Source: the human T2T-CHM13v2.0 reference genome, Homo sapiens | Assembly (NCBI RefSeq): GCF_009914755.1 | Contig: NC_060939.1 | Direction: 5' to 3' (one strand) | Length of the DNA stretch: 64,000 nucleotides | In this document: positions 45,744-62,900 of the stretch, piece by piece | Layout: each line of letters begins with the position of its first letter | Position numbering within the stretch: position 1 is the first letter of the stretch | Translations under genes and position numbers: made by a program | Notes under the pieces: model-generated | Seen by the model: the letters and a program-made list of their open reading frames with translations, nothing else | Told to the model about the DNA's origin: nothing | Databases searched by the model: none

Positions 45744-48700
45744 AATGAAAGGGAATGAATAAAGCTGATGTTTATAGGCCCTCCCAAAATTTCTGGCTCA
45801 TAACATGCTTTCAAAGATTTTATAAAATCATTTTTAAATTTAATAATTTTTAAAATTTGGAATGGTTATAGATTTACAGAAATGTTGAATATCACATAAT
45901 ATAATTATACCTCATGCTATTTTCCTTATTGTTATATTACTATGGTACATTTGTCAAACTAATATTGATACATTATTACTAACTACATTGCACTTTTCAT
46001 TCAGATTTCATTAGTTCTTAATGAAACGGCTTACTCAAGTTGTCTATTTTTTATTTATCATGGCAGTTATTTAATTTATTGCCGTTATGTCCTTTATATT
46101 CCCAAAAAACTTTTTGTAATTATTCTGTAAATAAATACTTGAAAATACTTGGTGAGCTTCCATTACTTACAGGAAATGGTGAAATCTATAACATAAATAC
46201 AGTGCAGTTCTAGTTTTTATCTTTTTAAGTGAATATTTGACTTCCCCCCACCACTCTGTTCACATCTGTGCATGGTTTCTTATTTATTTATTTGACATAT
46301 AAAACTTGTATATATTTGTCATGTACATGATGTTTTGAAATAAATATGTCTACATAGTAAAATGGCTCAGTTGAGTTGATTAGCATATACATCCTAGCCC
46401 TACCAGTCTCTCCCTCTTATTTCATCAAACCTATACTTTCTTGTTTGCATGTTCTATCCTGCCTCAGATTCTGATACACATATGAGATTCTGTAGGGGTG
46501 TAGGGTCTGCATGGTGATAAGAAAATCTAGGATAATAACTAAGATTTCTCATACTACAACACCACTCTACACCTTAGGCCTTGTTCTAGTAGAAAAACTT
46601 GTTCCAAGATCAATTATCAATCCTAATTCCAATTTTTGCCCAGTCCTGCTCCACAGTTTGAACTTCTGAACTATGTGCAGCTTCCTCATATTTCTATGTT
46701 TCTGAACATGCTGCTACTTCTGCTGGAATTCTTGACCAACTTTTCACCTTCAATACTCTAATTAAAAGTGTTGTTTTCAGCCAGCTTTCAGAATGGTTTT
46801 ACAAGGAGTTATTTAGTAGAGACTACACTTGCACCTCTGCCTAATCATATTCTCCAGCTGCTTATCTAATCACTTGTGCAGCATTTCTCTCAGGGTTTTG
46901 ATGATGCATAAAGATTGCGGAGAGTTTCTTCCCTTTGGCATCCAGGAATGTAGAAGTCTTTTGCATACCAAGGTTAGAAGCTATGGCATGGTTGTAAACT
47001 CATAAAATACTATCCTTGTGAGGGAGAGAGAGAGAGGAGAGAGAGAAAGAGAAAACAAACTCAAGACCACTTTTTAGACTGTACAAGAGGAAATGTGGCA
47101 TGTATATAAGAGAAGCATCATTATATAAATCTGTCTTTTAGTGTGCGTATCTTGGTATCAATCACATTTTTATTTCAAAGGCTTTTCTGATCCAAGATCT
47201 CGGATTGTTCAAATCCATGAGGTGGGACCACACTCAAGAAAAAGTCCAGGGTAACCTTTCCATCTAGAATGATACCTTAACCACCAGTGAAAGAAGCAAG
47301 GTCAATTTTCATTGATTCAAATTATATTCAAAGGTAAATTCTTTACTTCTGTAAATTATTCACCTGCTTTACAACGTCTGTTCTAGTAATTAATTTAAGA
47401 ATTAGTATATTACAATTTAAAGTGTGTATCAATATAATTTCAGTTGGAATTTAGTCCTAGGTTTACTAGGTTTACCACCATCAGTAAACTTAGATAATTT
47501 AATTCCCTCTCTTGACCTTATTTGTTTCCCAGTGGTTAGATGAGTGTGAAAAAATCAATCTCTAAAATCTCTTATACATAGATAAGTATAGGACTTAACA
47601 AATTATGCTTCAGTCTAAGATGATTTAAGGAGATCATTTAAAACTGCTGCTCTAAAATAAATGGTTTTATGTCAGGAATTGGGTCGTGCTCCTCGTTTTA
47701 TATTCACAGTGCAGTACCAGACACAGATAATATGTTTAGTAAATATTAAGTGAAAGGATAAATTAATATTGGTACTTAAGAAATATAACTCAAATAGATG
47801 ATACCTTAAGCAATCTATATATTGTGCTATGCTAACTCATTTGCAGATTTTTTTCAATATTTATCCTTATATTTCAGCTCCACAAAGACTAGTAATTGTT
47901 TCCTCAATTGGAGCCAATTAGAGGAACAGGATAGGATTAATAAGTAATAAAATAATGTCAGGTAACAAGAGACATAAAAACATGCACATGTGTTATAATG
48001 TCTCTATGAGGGATATTGAAGTCAAGAACACTATTGCACGAAAAGTTTTCCATGAGATAGAACTTGCTGTTAGGAAAGAGATCTAGAATAGTATATGGCT
48101 GCCCTTTGTAAATCCCTCATGAGAGGAACTAAGACAGTCTCTTTCCCAGAAGATTCCAAGAGTTGCATTCTTTGAAATTGTTCTATTGGAAATAATTTAT
48201 GTAGGCTCATGGAGTTAAACAAAGGAGGAAACATTTTTCTTTAACTACGCAAATCTTATTTCAACTAATATATATTCTTTAGCATTGTCTTAGATCAAGT
48301 TTAACCTAAGAACCTGGGTAGACCAGTAGAAACAATCCACCCCATAGAGGCTCTGGTTCATAGAGTTCAGACGTCTGAAACTGGTGTTCCTGAAATTCTA
48401 CCACAAAAATGATCAAGAGTTAGTTTGGCAGATTGTTTATTGCTTTTTTGTCCATTATCTAATTTGAGTCTTACCATGGGTAGCATTATCTCACAGGGGA
48501 GATTAGTAGATGCTAGAAAAATTATGTTAATGTTACACAGTCTGAAGAGGCAGAGCTGTGAGTTGTTCTATCTTTAAATCTTGTGCAGTTTCTCCCAGCA
48601 AAGATAGCAAAAAGATCTCCTAGACTATGATTAATTTGATGAACTCCTCAGGAGGAGTCTAGATAAAGTTGAGTTGTCACCACTCAGGGTGAATAGATCA

Positions 48701-48989
48701 GCTTCCCAAACATCTTTGGGCATCCATGCTTGAACTCTTAAATACATCTATGCAAGAATATAGAATGTACTCTGTTGCTGCTCCAGTCAAAGGAGTATAC
48801 TTGGGAGGGTAGGTGTGAGCAGTAGATACAGTCTAAGATTTGGACAAGCATAAGCATGCATATAGGTGAGAATCAGGAGATTAACATAGTAAGGAGGTTA
48901 GTGTTCTAAGATGACTCCTATCCAGGCTTCTGTCTCTCCTTCCAATCAACATTTTCTCTGATAGCAAAGATGGATAATGATAATTATAT

Positions 48990-51230
<2,241 letters not shown>

Positions 51231-52294
51231 GAAAAGAGGTATTCTGAGTAAAGACGGAAAATAGCTAGTAATTTTCATATTTCAGAAAAGCCATTTTTAT
51301 TTCAAGAAACTTCAGATCTTGTCTAATATTAATCTCCTTTAAGAATTTTTTCCTGATTATTTTTATCCATTATTTTTCTCTGTATGATGCAAGGATTCCT
51401 ATTACAGTTTATAAAATGGCTTCAGACACTTATTTTTAAACTATCATTTATAACATTATCTGTATGATAAATTTCATTCCTAATTTTTCCTGTGATCACA
51501 AGGACAGAGAGTTATCTGGGTCTTTTTCAAGGCAAAGGGATTGAGGATGACAGGGACCTGCAAAGGGATTGAGGATGATAGGGAACTCAGTAACTTTAAA
51601 ATGTTTCAACTCTTCAGAGCAACATAGAAAAAAGTATTTCTCTGTATAAGTTGATCATTTCTCATGTATTCCTTACTGGCAAGCAAAATGGAATTTTCAA
51701 ACTGCAGGTCCAGGCTTATGATTCAAATTTCCTCAATGTTGATTTATAAGCACTAAAAATGACTTAATTTTTAATTGAATTGAGACTTTTAATCTAATTG
51801 AGAAATTGGAAACTGAGTCTTCCTCTCTTGATTAAATAAAATGTTACTTTTCTATAGGTGAGTAGCATACATTATATTTGAAGGATTCTGAAATTTTATA
51901 CATCAGATCTTATACTCTGACTTCATGCTTTTATTTACAGCCTCAAAAAATTAATTAATTTATTTAAACAAAGTTCTCACTCCAAAGTAAATTTCTGACA
52001 AGAGAAGTTGGAGGTGGGGGGAGAGAGAGCACTGATTAGGGAAAAACATTAAATTCAATAAAAAAGACTCAGATTCTCTAGGTTCTTGTATGGAAAAGAG
52101 GAACTATAAGACTAATTATGAAAGAAATTCAAATGTGAGTCAATAGTGTGGAAATCAAGCTAAAGACAAGAAAAATATTCATGAACTATGTTCAAGAAAT
52201 ATGAAGAACTTTCTCTACCATATTTAACATCATATAGGTGTTTTCACAAGACTCTTACTGATAGGCTTTACTATGCTTACCATGGTTTATAACG

Positions 52295-52309
52295 TGTTTA
52301 TTTTTGCAG
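52295..52309 (+). promoter_or_regulatory. Putative splice acceptor of the OR4H coding exon
   Basis: tgtttatttttgcAG, 38 nt before the ATG at 52348. Confidence 0.55.
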
Positions 52310-52347
52310 AGAACCAGAGTCACTCCACGAGTCCTGCCTGGGGCCCC

Positions 52348-53281
52348 ATGAAAGTGGCCAACAATGTCACTGAGTTTATATTCCTGGGACTTTCCCAAGA
52401 TTCTGGAATGCAATTGATGTTCTTTGTCTTATTTCTCCTCTTCTACGTCGTGATCATGGTGGGAAATTTGCTCATTTTGCTTATGGTCTTTTCTGACTCC
52501 CGACTACACACACCCATGTATTTCTTCCTCAGTAACCTGTCTTTTGTGGACATTGCCTATTCCTCAGCCACAGCACCCAAGATGATTGAAGACTTTGTTT
52601 CTGAGAAAAAGACTATTTCCTACTGGGGCTGTATAACTCAGATGTTTACCTTCCACTTTTTTGGTTGTGCTGAGATTTTTGTTTTGACTGTCATGGCTTT
52701 TGATCGCTATGCTGCTATCTGCCAATCCCTCCGTTACACTGTCATCATGAGTGCTAATGCTTATACTGTGCTGGCATCACTGTCTTGGTTGGGGGCCCTG
52801 GGTCATTCCTTTGTTCAGACCCTCCTGACCTTCCAGCTGCCCTTCTGTAATGCTCAGGTTATAGACCATTACTTTTGTGATGTCCACCCAGTCCTAAAAC
52901 TTGCCTGTGCTGATACAACTCTGGTAAATATGTTGGTGGTTGCCAACAGTGGTCTCATCTCCCTGGGGTGTTTCCTCATTCTTTTGGCCTCCTCCACAGT
53001 CATTCTGTTTAGTCTTCAAAAACAGTCTGCAGAGAGCTGACACAAAGTTCTCTCTACCTGTGGATCTCATCTGACTATAGTAACTTTCTTCTTTGTTCCG
53101 TGTATCTTTATTTATCTCCATCCACTACTTTCCCATTGGATAAAGCTGTGTCTGTGTTCTATACCACCATCACCCCAATGCTGAACCCACTCATCTATAC
53201 TCTGAGGAATGAGGAGTAAAGAATGCCATGAGGCGGCTATGGAGTAGCAAGATCTCCTTGAAGGAAAAGCAGAGAGGATAG
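52348..53281 (+). pseudogene. OR4H6P: Olfactory receptor family 4H pseudogene (nonsense codon plus two frameshifts)
   Basis: MKVANNVTEFIFLGL, LHTPMYFFLSNLS, MAFDRYAAIC; TGA at 53038 then [11 protein letters not shown]; frameshifts at about 53118 and 53216; [12 protein letters not shown]; original stop TAG at 53279-53281. Symbol inferred from synteny; OR4H12P is the alternative. Confidence 0.88.
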
Positions 53282-55399
53282 TTTGTCAGAATTGCAAAAT
53301 CACTGAATTAGTGGATACCTTCAATGATCCCTAATTTACTAATAATTAAAAAAACAGTTCCTAAAATGCAGCTTTTATATTTTGTCTAACAGGAAATAAT
53401 TTGAGGCTATTTTAGACGGGCTAAACTTAAACCTTTCCATACTTGGCAAGGTTTATTCTCTCTTCTAGAGTACAAGAGTTAACACTCCTACTCAATATCT
53501 CATTTAACCTCGTTAAATCCCTTCTATTCACATCAAACTCTCTTAAGCTACCATTCAGTAATTTAGAGTGGGGTTATAAGAGAAAGATATCCCTGATCAT
53601 ATCTTCTCACCATATCATGTCTCTTCAAAAAAGAGGTCTAATTTACCAGAAGCTGCACCTTTTCCCTCCTTCTTTTGTTTTCTTTTTCGTCCTTCTCTAG
53701 TCTTTTCTTATACATATTGCAAAATCTAGTCAGGGAAACAGATTTGCAAGGAGATAATTACAATACAATACAACAAATGCAGACATAGAAATACATACTT
53801 CCTATAATGAAGAGGGTTAGTATAAATCAACAAATTGCCCAAAGGATGGTTTCTGTGCAGGAAAAAAAAAAATAGAACTTTACATATTTTGAGGTGGACA
53901 GCAATTTCTTCAAAGACCCTCTTGGAGAATTTGAATACTCTTCTACCCATTACTATAATACTATCTTTACTGAAAGAAATCTTACTTTTTTGCCAATAAA
54001 AACAGACTAGATTAAAGCAACTAAAATGAGTTGGTATTTGTACCATTGAAATGACTAAGGAGATGTAATTCTATTATAAATTTTTAGTTGAACTTGTCTT
54101 CAGTTCCTTAAAACAACAAAATGGAATAAGCACATTTTCTTCTTGTGGTATTCTTAGTAAAGTTGAAAAACAGTTAAGTATTCTCAGTATTCTGGAAAAG
54201 GCATTTTTCTTCTAAGAAATTTTCTTAGATCTTGTCTCATGACTGATGTTGTTCAAGAATTCTGCCCTGATTATTTTTGTTCAACATTTATTTTCTATAT
54301 GCCTTAAGCAATCCTGTATGCAATTTATAAAATATCACTTACCTTTTTCTCTTTTTTAGTGGATTTTTATCTGAGATCTACAACTTATGAAGAATACAAA
54401 TGATGTATATTCTTTTCTACTCTTCATGTATGGACTAGAGGGGCTTGCACAGTAGGTACTTGTCAAAATCTGTTGATTGTAACTCCAATTTCTATTTTTT
54501 TCCTTAGTAATGGGGACCTGACATTATTCATGGTGGCCCAACTAAAATATTGCATTGACTTGCCTCAGGCTCTTTTAAAATTCAATTCAATAATTTAGAA
54601 TGACCTTATAAGAAAAAGATATTCCTTTTGAAGCCCAGTGGACAATCGGATGTTAATAGTAGTTGGTTGGTGGGACTTTTGAAAAGTCTTTAAAATGGTT
54701 TGTCTACTCCAACCCTCTCATACATGATCACCATTAACATTTTGATTATTAAAATTTCTTTATAGTTATTGCATGTCCTTATAGTTATTTTCATATTACT
54801 TTCCCTTTGCAAAAGGGTCATTCTATCCTTTTTTTAAACTCCTGATTTTTTAAGATAGACAACAAACCCACAAATTATATTAAAAATGATAGAATACATT
54901 AGGTTTCCTTTTCCCTCCTAAGAGCAAAGTATTAATAATAAAAATAACAACACTTGCAGTAAGAAAAAAATGGCTGAGACCCACAGGAACAAAGAAACAG
55001 GACAGGAGTTAGATGCAGAGAAGAGATTTCAACAAAAGTTTGGAAGAGGTAAGACAAAAAAGTAGTAACTGATTTGGCAGGGTCGGGAAGGCTAAGTCTA
55101 AATTCCCAACAAGAGGAATAGTGAGGAAAAGGGGAGAGATTCATTTCCTGGAATCCCTACGATGATTGGGATGCAGGATGCCAGGTCAGCGGGAGGTGAG
55201 GTTCAGGGCTGCTAATGAAGATTAAGAGAAAGGAACAGTTCAATCTTCTATCCTCTCTTTCTGCTCCCAGATGCTAACGGTAGCATATGAGTCACAGACA
55301 GAACATTGGCACCTTTGTTTAAGAAACTGAATGTTAATGTCACATCTGCCTTTGGAGATTACAAATGAAATGGCTACCTTTCTACTGGAACCCTGACCA

Positions 55400-56290
55400 G
55401 AAGTCTGCCAGTTAGTAAGCTGGCTTAAGAGATCAATCTAAAATTTACATAAGGCTTTTGAAAAAAAGAAAAAAGTAAGTCTTTAAAAAAGCCAAAAGGA
55501 AACTGGTGGAATTAGAGGTAATTCGGGGGGGGGGAGGAACTGTAAAAAACTGTATCTTCTCATCAATGAAAGAAAATATTTGTAATCTTGAAATAAGAAT
55601 ATGATGTACTGAAAAAATATAGAAAAATTATTTTTGGAAGGTAAAATCAAAAAGAACAATAAACAAAATTAATATGGCATTAAAAGAAAACAAGTAGTCA
55701 AAGAAGTCATAAAAGTACAGTCTCTATGAAAGTAGAATGAAAATGTCAAAGAAATAGAAAACATGAAAGATAAAAACAAGAAACACAAGGAATCAAGTTA
55801 GGGGCAAACCATTCAACTCACACATATTCCAGGAGGACAAATTAAACAGAAGGATGGATTTAAAAGAAACAATGAAAATAAATTTCTTAGAACAGAAAAG
55901 CTTAATTTTCTCGATATGAAAGATTTACTGAATGCCCACCACAAGATTTAAAAAAAATCCCAAGGCACGTTATTATGAAATGTTATCACCTTAACGATTG
56001 AAAATATTGTAAAATTATTAAGAAAAAACCGTATAGCTCACGAATGAACAGAAATTCAAATGGCATGAGTATGCTCTGTAGCAAGCTCATCCTTAGAATA
56101 CAGTGGAAAAGTTTCTCACACTGATTTTCAGGCTAGAATTCTATACAGAACAAATCTATCAGGAAGATAGAATAAAGCATATTTAATCATACAAAAATTT
56201 ATAAAGTTTACTTCATAAGTACTCTCTTTTTTTGAAAGTGTGGGATAATATATCCCAGCAAAACAAGAGGAAGAAATGAGATCAATAAAC
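55400..56290 (+). mobile_element. Highly decayed HAL1/L1M ORF1-like remnant
   Basis: A-rich, with aatttcttagaac, cccaaggcacgttattatgaaat and aggctagaattctatac resembling L1 ORF1-type motifs. Confidence 0.5.
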
Positions 56291-56357
56291 TAATATATGC
56301 AATGCAGGGTGGCTAAAGCCACTTTAAAAAAAATCCCAATCTCTTTTTTCTTTCTTC

Positions 56358-56460
56358 ATGTGAGTCAGGTAATGTATATATGTCATAAGGTTTGAGGGAC
56401 GTACATTTCACACAGGAGTGCAAAAACTCAGTCATCACGCTTATGAACTACGAAGGGATC
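56358..56460 (-). pseudogene. U13 (SNORD13) box C/D snoRNA retropseudogene
   Basis: The - strand atcccttcgtagttcataagcgtgatgactgag...tgtgtgaaatgt...aaacctt...acattacctgactcac aligns with U13 (ATCCTTTTGTAGTTCATGAGCGTGATGATTGGG...CATTACCCGTCTGACC). An A-rich tail follows. Confidence 0.88.
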
Positions 56461-56979
56461 AAAAGGCACTTTTAAGATGACAGATGTACAGTAGGCATAG
56501 GAGACAACAGAAATGGATGAAAGCAGAAGATGGAAGCCCTCCAGGTTCATAAAACAGAAAGGAGAGGGTGAAAATTTATATTATCTAATATATTGAAGCA
56601 TCTTAGTTGTAAAGGTACAGTCAATAAGATGAAACAAGTTGATACACTCAAGGAAGGATACATTTATAGAAAATTATATCATTTAGAGTTCCAACAGGAA
56701 GTTAATGACACACTTAATATAGGATAATTTGATAAACATTTATTTAACGAGATGCTGTCTATGAATTTATAGGTATAGAGTACCACACAGGCCAGGGGTA
56801 AGATGGGGTGGAGCTGTTTACACCATTGTGCCTGAAGGGACTGAGAGAGGGAGGAAATACAGAAACCCCAAAAAGAGATATTTATGATAGCCATTTGAAA
56901 GGAGGAATGACCTTCAGTGGGAGGTCAACCAGCATGTGGCCACATGGTCTAGCTTATTCTCCTTCATTCCCCTTTTCCA

Positions 56980-59900
56980 GTTTTATTGAAGTATATTTGA
57001 CAAATAAGAATCATACATATTTAAATGTGCAACTTGATGTTTTGAACTACGTGTACACTGTGAAATGATCATCACACTTAAGATAATTAACATATCCATT
57101 ACCTCACAGGGTTATGTTTTTCTGTGTGTGGTGTGAACCCTTAAGATCTACTCCCTTAGTACATTTCAGTTGTCCAATACAGTATTGCATTGTAATACAG
57201 ACACCATGTTGTGCATTAACTCTCCAGAACTCACTCATTTTTGCATAACTGAAACTTTGTAACCTTTAGTCCATTATCTCCTCATTTCTCCCTTTCCTTT
57301 CCACTCTTGGCAACCGCCATCCTACCTTCAGTTTGAGTATTTTAGATTCCACCCATAAGTGAGATCATGCAGTATTTGTCCTTCTGTAAGTTGCTTTTTA
57401 AAGGCTGAATAATACTCCATTGCATATATATACTACAATTTTCTCAGGCTTTATTGAGGTATGATTTACAAATAAAATTTGCATATATTTAGGGTATATG
57501 CATACTTACGAAATGATTACCACAACCAAGCTAATTAATATATTCATCATGTTACATCATTACCATTTGTGTATAATGTGTGTATGTGTGTGTGTTAACA
57601 CTTGAGATCTACTTTCTTAGCAAATTTGAAGCTACTGTACATTTGGTCTCCAGTACTTACTCATCTTGTAGCTGAAAGTTTGTACCCTTTGACCAACATC
57701 TTTTTCCTGGCATTTCCCAGCCCCTGCTAACCACCACTCTACTGTCCATTGCTATGAGTTTGATTTTTTTAAATATTGCACCTGTATGGGATATCATGTA
57801 GTATTTGTCGTTATGTATCTGGCTTATTGCACTTAGCATAATGTCCTCCAGGTTTATCCATGTGGCAAATGGCAGGATTTCCTTCTTTTTAAGGCTGAAT
57901 AATCCATTGTGTGTGTTTGTACCACATTAAAAAAATCTATGCATCTGTAGATGAACACTTAGTTTGTTTCTATATCTTGGCTAGTGTTACAATGCTGCAG
58001 TGAATTTGAGAGTGCAGATATCTCTTTAAGATAGTGGTTTTATTTCTTTTGCATACATACCTAGAAGTGGGATTGCTGTTATTATATGAGAAGTTTATTT
58101 TTTTTTTTGAGGAGCCTACATACTGTCTTCAATAATGGTTGCACTAATTTATATCTCTACCAAAAGTTTACAAGGGTTTTGTATTAGTCCGTTCTCACAC
58201 TGCTAATAAAGACATATCTGAGACTAGGTAATTTATATAGGAAAGAGGTTTAACTGACCCACATTTCAGCATGGCTGGGAAGGCCTCAGGAAACTTATAG
58301 TCACAGTCATGGTGGAAGAGGAAGCAAACATGTCTTTCTTCACATGGTGGCAAGAGAGAGAAGACTGAGAACTGAGTAAAGGATAAAGCCCCAGGTAAAG
58401 TCATCAGATCTTGTAAGAACTTACTCACTATCACAAGAATAGCATGAGAAAACTGCCCCCATGATTCAATTACCTTTCACTGGGTCTCTCCCATGACATG
58501 TGAGGACTACGGGAACTATAATTCAAGATGGGATTTGGGTGGGGACACAGCCAAACCATATCAGGTTTCCTTTACATCCTTGCCAACACATGCTGTCACT
58601 GGACTTTTTGATAAAAGGCAATCTAACAGGTGGTTGGTGATATCTCAGTGAGGTTTTGATTTGCCTTGATGATTTCTGATTTTGAGCATTTTTTCCATAT
58701 ACCTGTTGGCCATTTGTGTATCTTCTTTGGAAAAATATCTATTCAGATCCTTTGCCCATTTTATGAAATCATTTTAAAAATATCTTTTGCCCATTTAGAA
58801 GCTTGTTTGTTTGCTATTTGGTAGTATAAGTTCTGTATATATTTTGGATATTAACTCCTTATTGGATGTGTGGTATACAAATATTTTCTCCGTTTCTGTA
58901 GATTTCTCTTTCATCAAACAAATAAAGATGAGACCAATGTCCAGGAACTTTTCCCCATGTTTCCTCCTAGGAGTTTATGGGGCCAGGTCTTATGTTAAGT
59001 CTATAATCCACTTTGAATTAACTTTTGTGATTGGAATAAGAGAAGCACGGATTCTTTGCATGTGGATATCCAATTTCCCAACATCATTTATAGACGAGTC
59101 TGTCCTTTACATTGTATATTCTTGGTACCTTAGTTGAAAAAATTAGCTGACTGTAGGTATGTGAGTTTAGTTCTGAGCTTTCTATTCTGTTTTATTGGTA
59201 TACATGTTTTTATGCCAGCAACATCTGTTTTGATTATTACAGTTTTGTAATGGAGTTGAAATCAGGAAGTTTAATACCTCTAGCTTTGTACTTATACTCA
59301 AGATTGCTTAAGCTTTTCATGCTCTTTTATGGTTGCATATGAATTTCAGAATTATTTTTTCCATTGCTGTGAAAAATGTTCATTGCCATTTTGATCGGGA
59401 TTGCGTTGAATGTACAGATCATTTTCAGTAGTATGGACTTTTTAACAATATTAATTCTTCCAGTTCATGAATATGGGATATGTTTCACTTATTTTTGTCT
59501 TCCACAATTTATTTCATTAATCTTTTATACTTTTCAGTGTACAGATATTCTACCTCTTTAGTTAAATTTATTTGTAAGTATTTTATTCTTTTTGATGTGC
59601 TCATAATGATAACTTTTTCTTGACTTTTTCTTTCTACAGATCATTATTGGTGTAAAGAAATGCAACTGAATTTTTCTGTTGATTTTGTAGTCTGCAAAAT
59701 TACTGAATTTGCTTATTAGTTCTAACAGTTTTTTAGTGGAGTCTTCAGGATTCTTTCTACATAGGATCATGCCATCTTCTAACAGAGACACTAACTTTTT
59801 TATTTGGATGCACTTTATTTCTTTTTCCTAATTACTTTGGTTATGACGTCCAGTACTATGTTGAATGGAAGTGGGGAGAGTGGTCTTGTTCTTGATCTTA

Positions 59901-62900
59901 GAGGGAAACATTTCAATTTCTCATCGAGTATAATGTTTATCATAGGCTTGTGATATACAGGCTTTATTGTGTTGAGGTACATTCCTATAATTAATTTGTT
60001 GAAAATTTTGTATTGTGAAAGAATGTTGAATTTTGTCAAATGATTTTTCTGCATTTGTTTAGATGATCTCATGGTTTTTATTTCTTATTCTGTTAATGTG
60101 GTGTAGCACATTTGTTGATTGTGTATGTTGGATAATTCTTACATCCCAGCAATAAATCCTGCTTTGTCATGATGCAAAATCTTTTTAATGTCCTGGTATA
60201 TTTGGTTTGCCAGTAGTTTGTTGAGGATTGTTGGACCTTTGTTCACAAGGGACATTGGCCTATAATCTATATTTCTTGTTGGTGTCCTTATCTGGGTTTG
60301 GTATGAAGGCAGCGTTGGCATTGTAAAATGAGTTTTAAAATATCCCCTCCTCTTCAACTTTTTGGAAGGATTTTAGAAGGATAGGTATTCTTTTCAAAAT
60401 ATTTGGTAGAATTCAACTATGAAGCCATCAGGTCCTAGGATTTTCTTTGATAGGAGATTTTATTATTGATTCAATCTCCTTACTCATTACTGTTAAGATT
60501 TTCTAGCTCTTCATGATTCAGTCTTGTAGGCTGTATGTGTCTAGGAATTTATCCATTTCTTCTAGGCTATCCAATCTTTTGACTTGTAATGGTTCATAGT
60601 ATTATCTTATGTTTCTTTATATTTTTTGTAGCATCAGTTGTAATGTTTCCTTTTTCATTTTGGCTTTTATTTATTTAAGTCTATTTTTTCTCAGTGTAGA
60701 TCAAGTATTGTTGATTTTATTTATATTTCCAAAAATCAATCTTAGTTTCATGATCTTTTCTACTGTTTCTCTAGTCTCACTTTCATTGATTTCTTTTCTA
60801 ATCTTTGTTATGTCCTTTTTTTCTAACTTTGGGCTTAGTTTGTTCTTTTTTTAGTTCATTGAGCTGTAATGTTAGGTTGTTAATTTGAGACCTTTCGTCT
60901 TTTTTTTGTAAACATTTATTACTATACATTTCTCCCTTAAAACTACTTTTGCTGCATCTCATACCTTTTTGTATGTCATGTCCATTTTCATGTGTCTCAA
61001 GATATTTTTACATTTACCTTTTGACTTCTTTTTTTGGCCCATTGGTGGTTGTTTAATTTCCATATGTACATGAATTTTCCAGTTTTCCTGTTATTATTGA
61101 TTTTAGTTTCATACCACTATGGTCAGAAAATATATTTGATATGATTTCAGTCTTCTGAAATTTGTTAAGACTTGTTTGTGGCTTAACATACAATCTGTCC
61201 AGGAGAATATTCTGTGTAAGCTTGAGAAGAATGTGTGTTCTGCTGTTGGATCAAATATTCCGTGTATGTCTATTAGATTCATTTAGTCTGAAGTAGTTCA
61301 AGACAATGTTTTCTTAATAATATTCTTTCTGGATGATTTATCCATTGTTGAAAATCAGATATTAAAGTTCTCTATTAATATTGCATTGCAGTCTATCTCT
61401 TGCTTTAGATTTGTTAATATTTGCTTTATATATTTAGGTGCTCTGATGTTGGGTGTATTCATATTTATAACTGTTCTATTATCTTGATGAATTGACTTTC
61501 TTACCAATATCTAATGACCTTCTTTGTCTCTTGTGACAGTATTTAAAGTCTATTTTGTGTGATACACATGTAACTGCTACTGCTCTTTTTTGGTTTTCAT
61601 TTTCATGGAATATTTTTGTTTTTTATCCCTTTACTTTTAGTCTATGTGTGTTATTAAAGGTGAAGTGAGTTTCTTGTAGGCAGCATTTAGTTGGATCTTA
61701 TTTTTATAAATCAATTCAGCCACTTTTTGTCTTTTGATTGACAAAATTTGCTTATTTATAGTTGGTAAGTAAAGATTTATTATTGTCAATTTATTGTTTT
61801 CTGGTTGCTTTGTAGGTCCTTTATTCCTTTATTACTCCTTTGTTGTTTTCCTTTGTGATTTGATCATTTTCCTCGGTGGTATGCTTTGATTCTTTTCTGT
61901 TTATCTTTTGTGTATTTACTATAGGTTTTTAATTTGTGGTTGCCATGAGGCTTACATAAATATTCTTATTGTTTAACCAATTCACTTAAAGACGATAACA
62001 TCTTCACTTTGATTGCTAAAGAAGCTCTGTACTTTTACTTCCCTTCTCTTACATTGTGCTTTTGATGTTACAGTTTACATTTTTTATATGTCTTAAGAAT
62101 TTATTATAGCTATAGTCATTTTTCATACATTCATCTTATAACTTTATAATGATGTTGTGATTTACACCACCACCATTATGGTGCTTGAATATTCTAAATT
62201 TAACCATATATATACTTTACCAGTTAGTTTTATATTTTTATATGTTTTAATGTTACTAATTAGCTGCCTTTTATTTAATCTTAAAAATCCCCCTTTAGCA
62301 TTTCTTGTAAGGCAAGCAATAGTGAAGACTCACTCAACTTTTCTTTTTTTTTCTAAAAAAGTCTTTATCTTCTTCATTTCTGAAGGACAGCTTTGCTGGC
62401 AAAATGTTGCTGGTTGGCAGTTTTATTTTTCTTCCATTGCTTTGAATATATTATTTCATTCTCTCCTGATCCTCAAGGTTCCTGCTGAGAAATCCACTGA
62501 TAGCTTTATTTGGGTCCTTTTTTATATGACAGGATTCTTTTCTCTTGCTGCTTACAAGCTTCTCTCTTTGTTTTTGATTTTTGCCAGGTTGATGATAATG
62601 TATGTTTGTGGATTCTTTTTTTGGTTGAATTGACTGGAGAACTTTAGGCTTCATGCATCTGGATGCTCATTTCTTTCCTGACATTTGCTAAGTTTCCTAT
62701 GATTATTTCCTTAAATAAGCTTTCTATCTAATGCTCTCTCTATTTTTCTTCTGAACCTACTATAATTCTAATGTTAGCTCTCTTGATAGTATTCCATGGC
62801 TTCTGTAGGTTTTATTCTTTTTTTTCTTTTATCTCCACTTACTGGATGATTTAAAATGCTCGGTCTTTGAGTTCACTTATTTTTTTATTCTGCTTCACTT

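Noticed and set aside
52273-53040. 255-aa ORF as an intact OR
   Set aside because: It stops after TM5 at a TGA (probably from CGA). TM6-7 are frameshifted, and the first ATG lies upstream of the likely splice acceptor.
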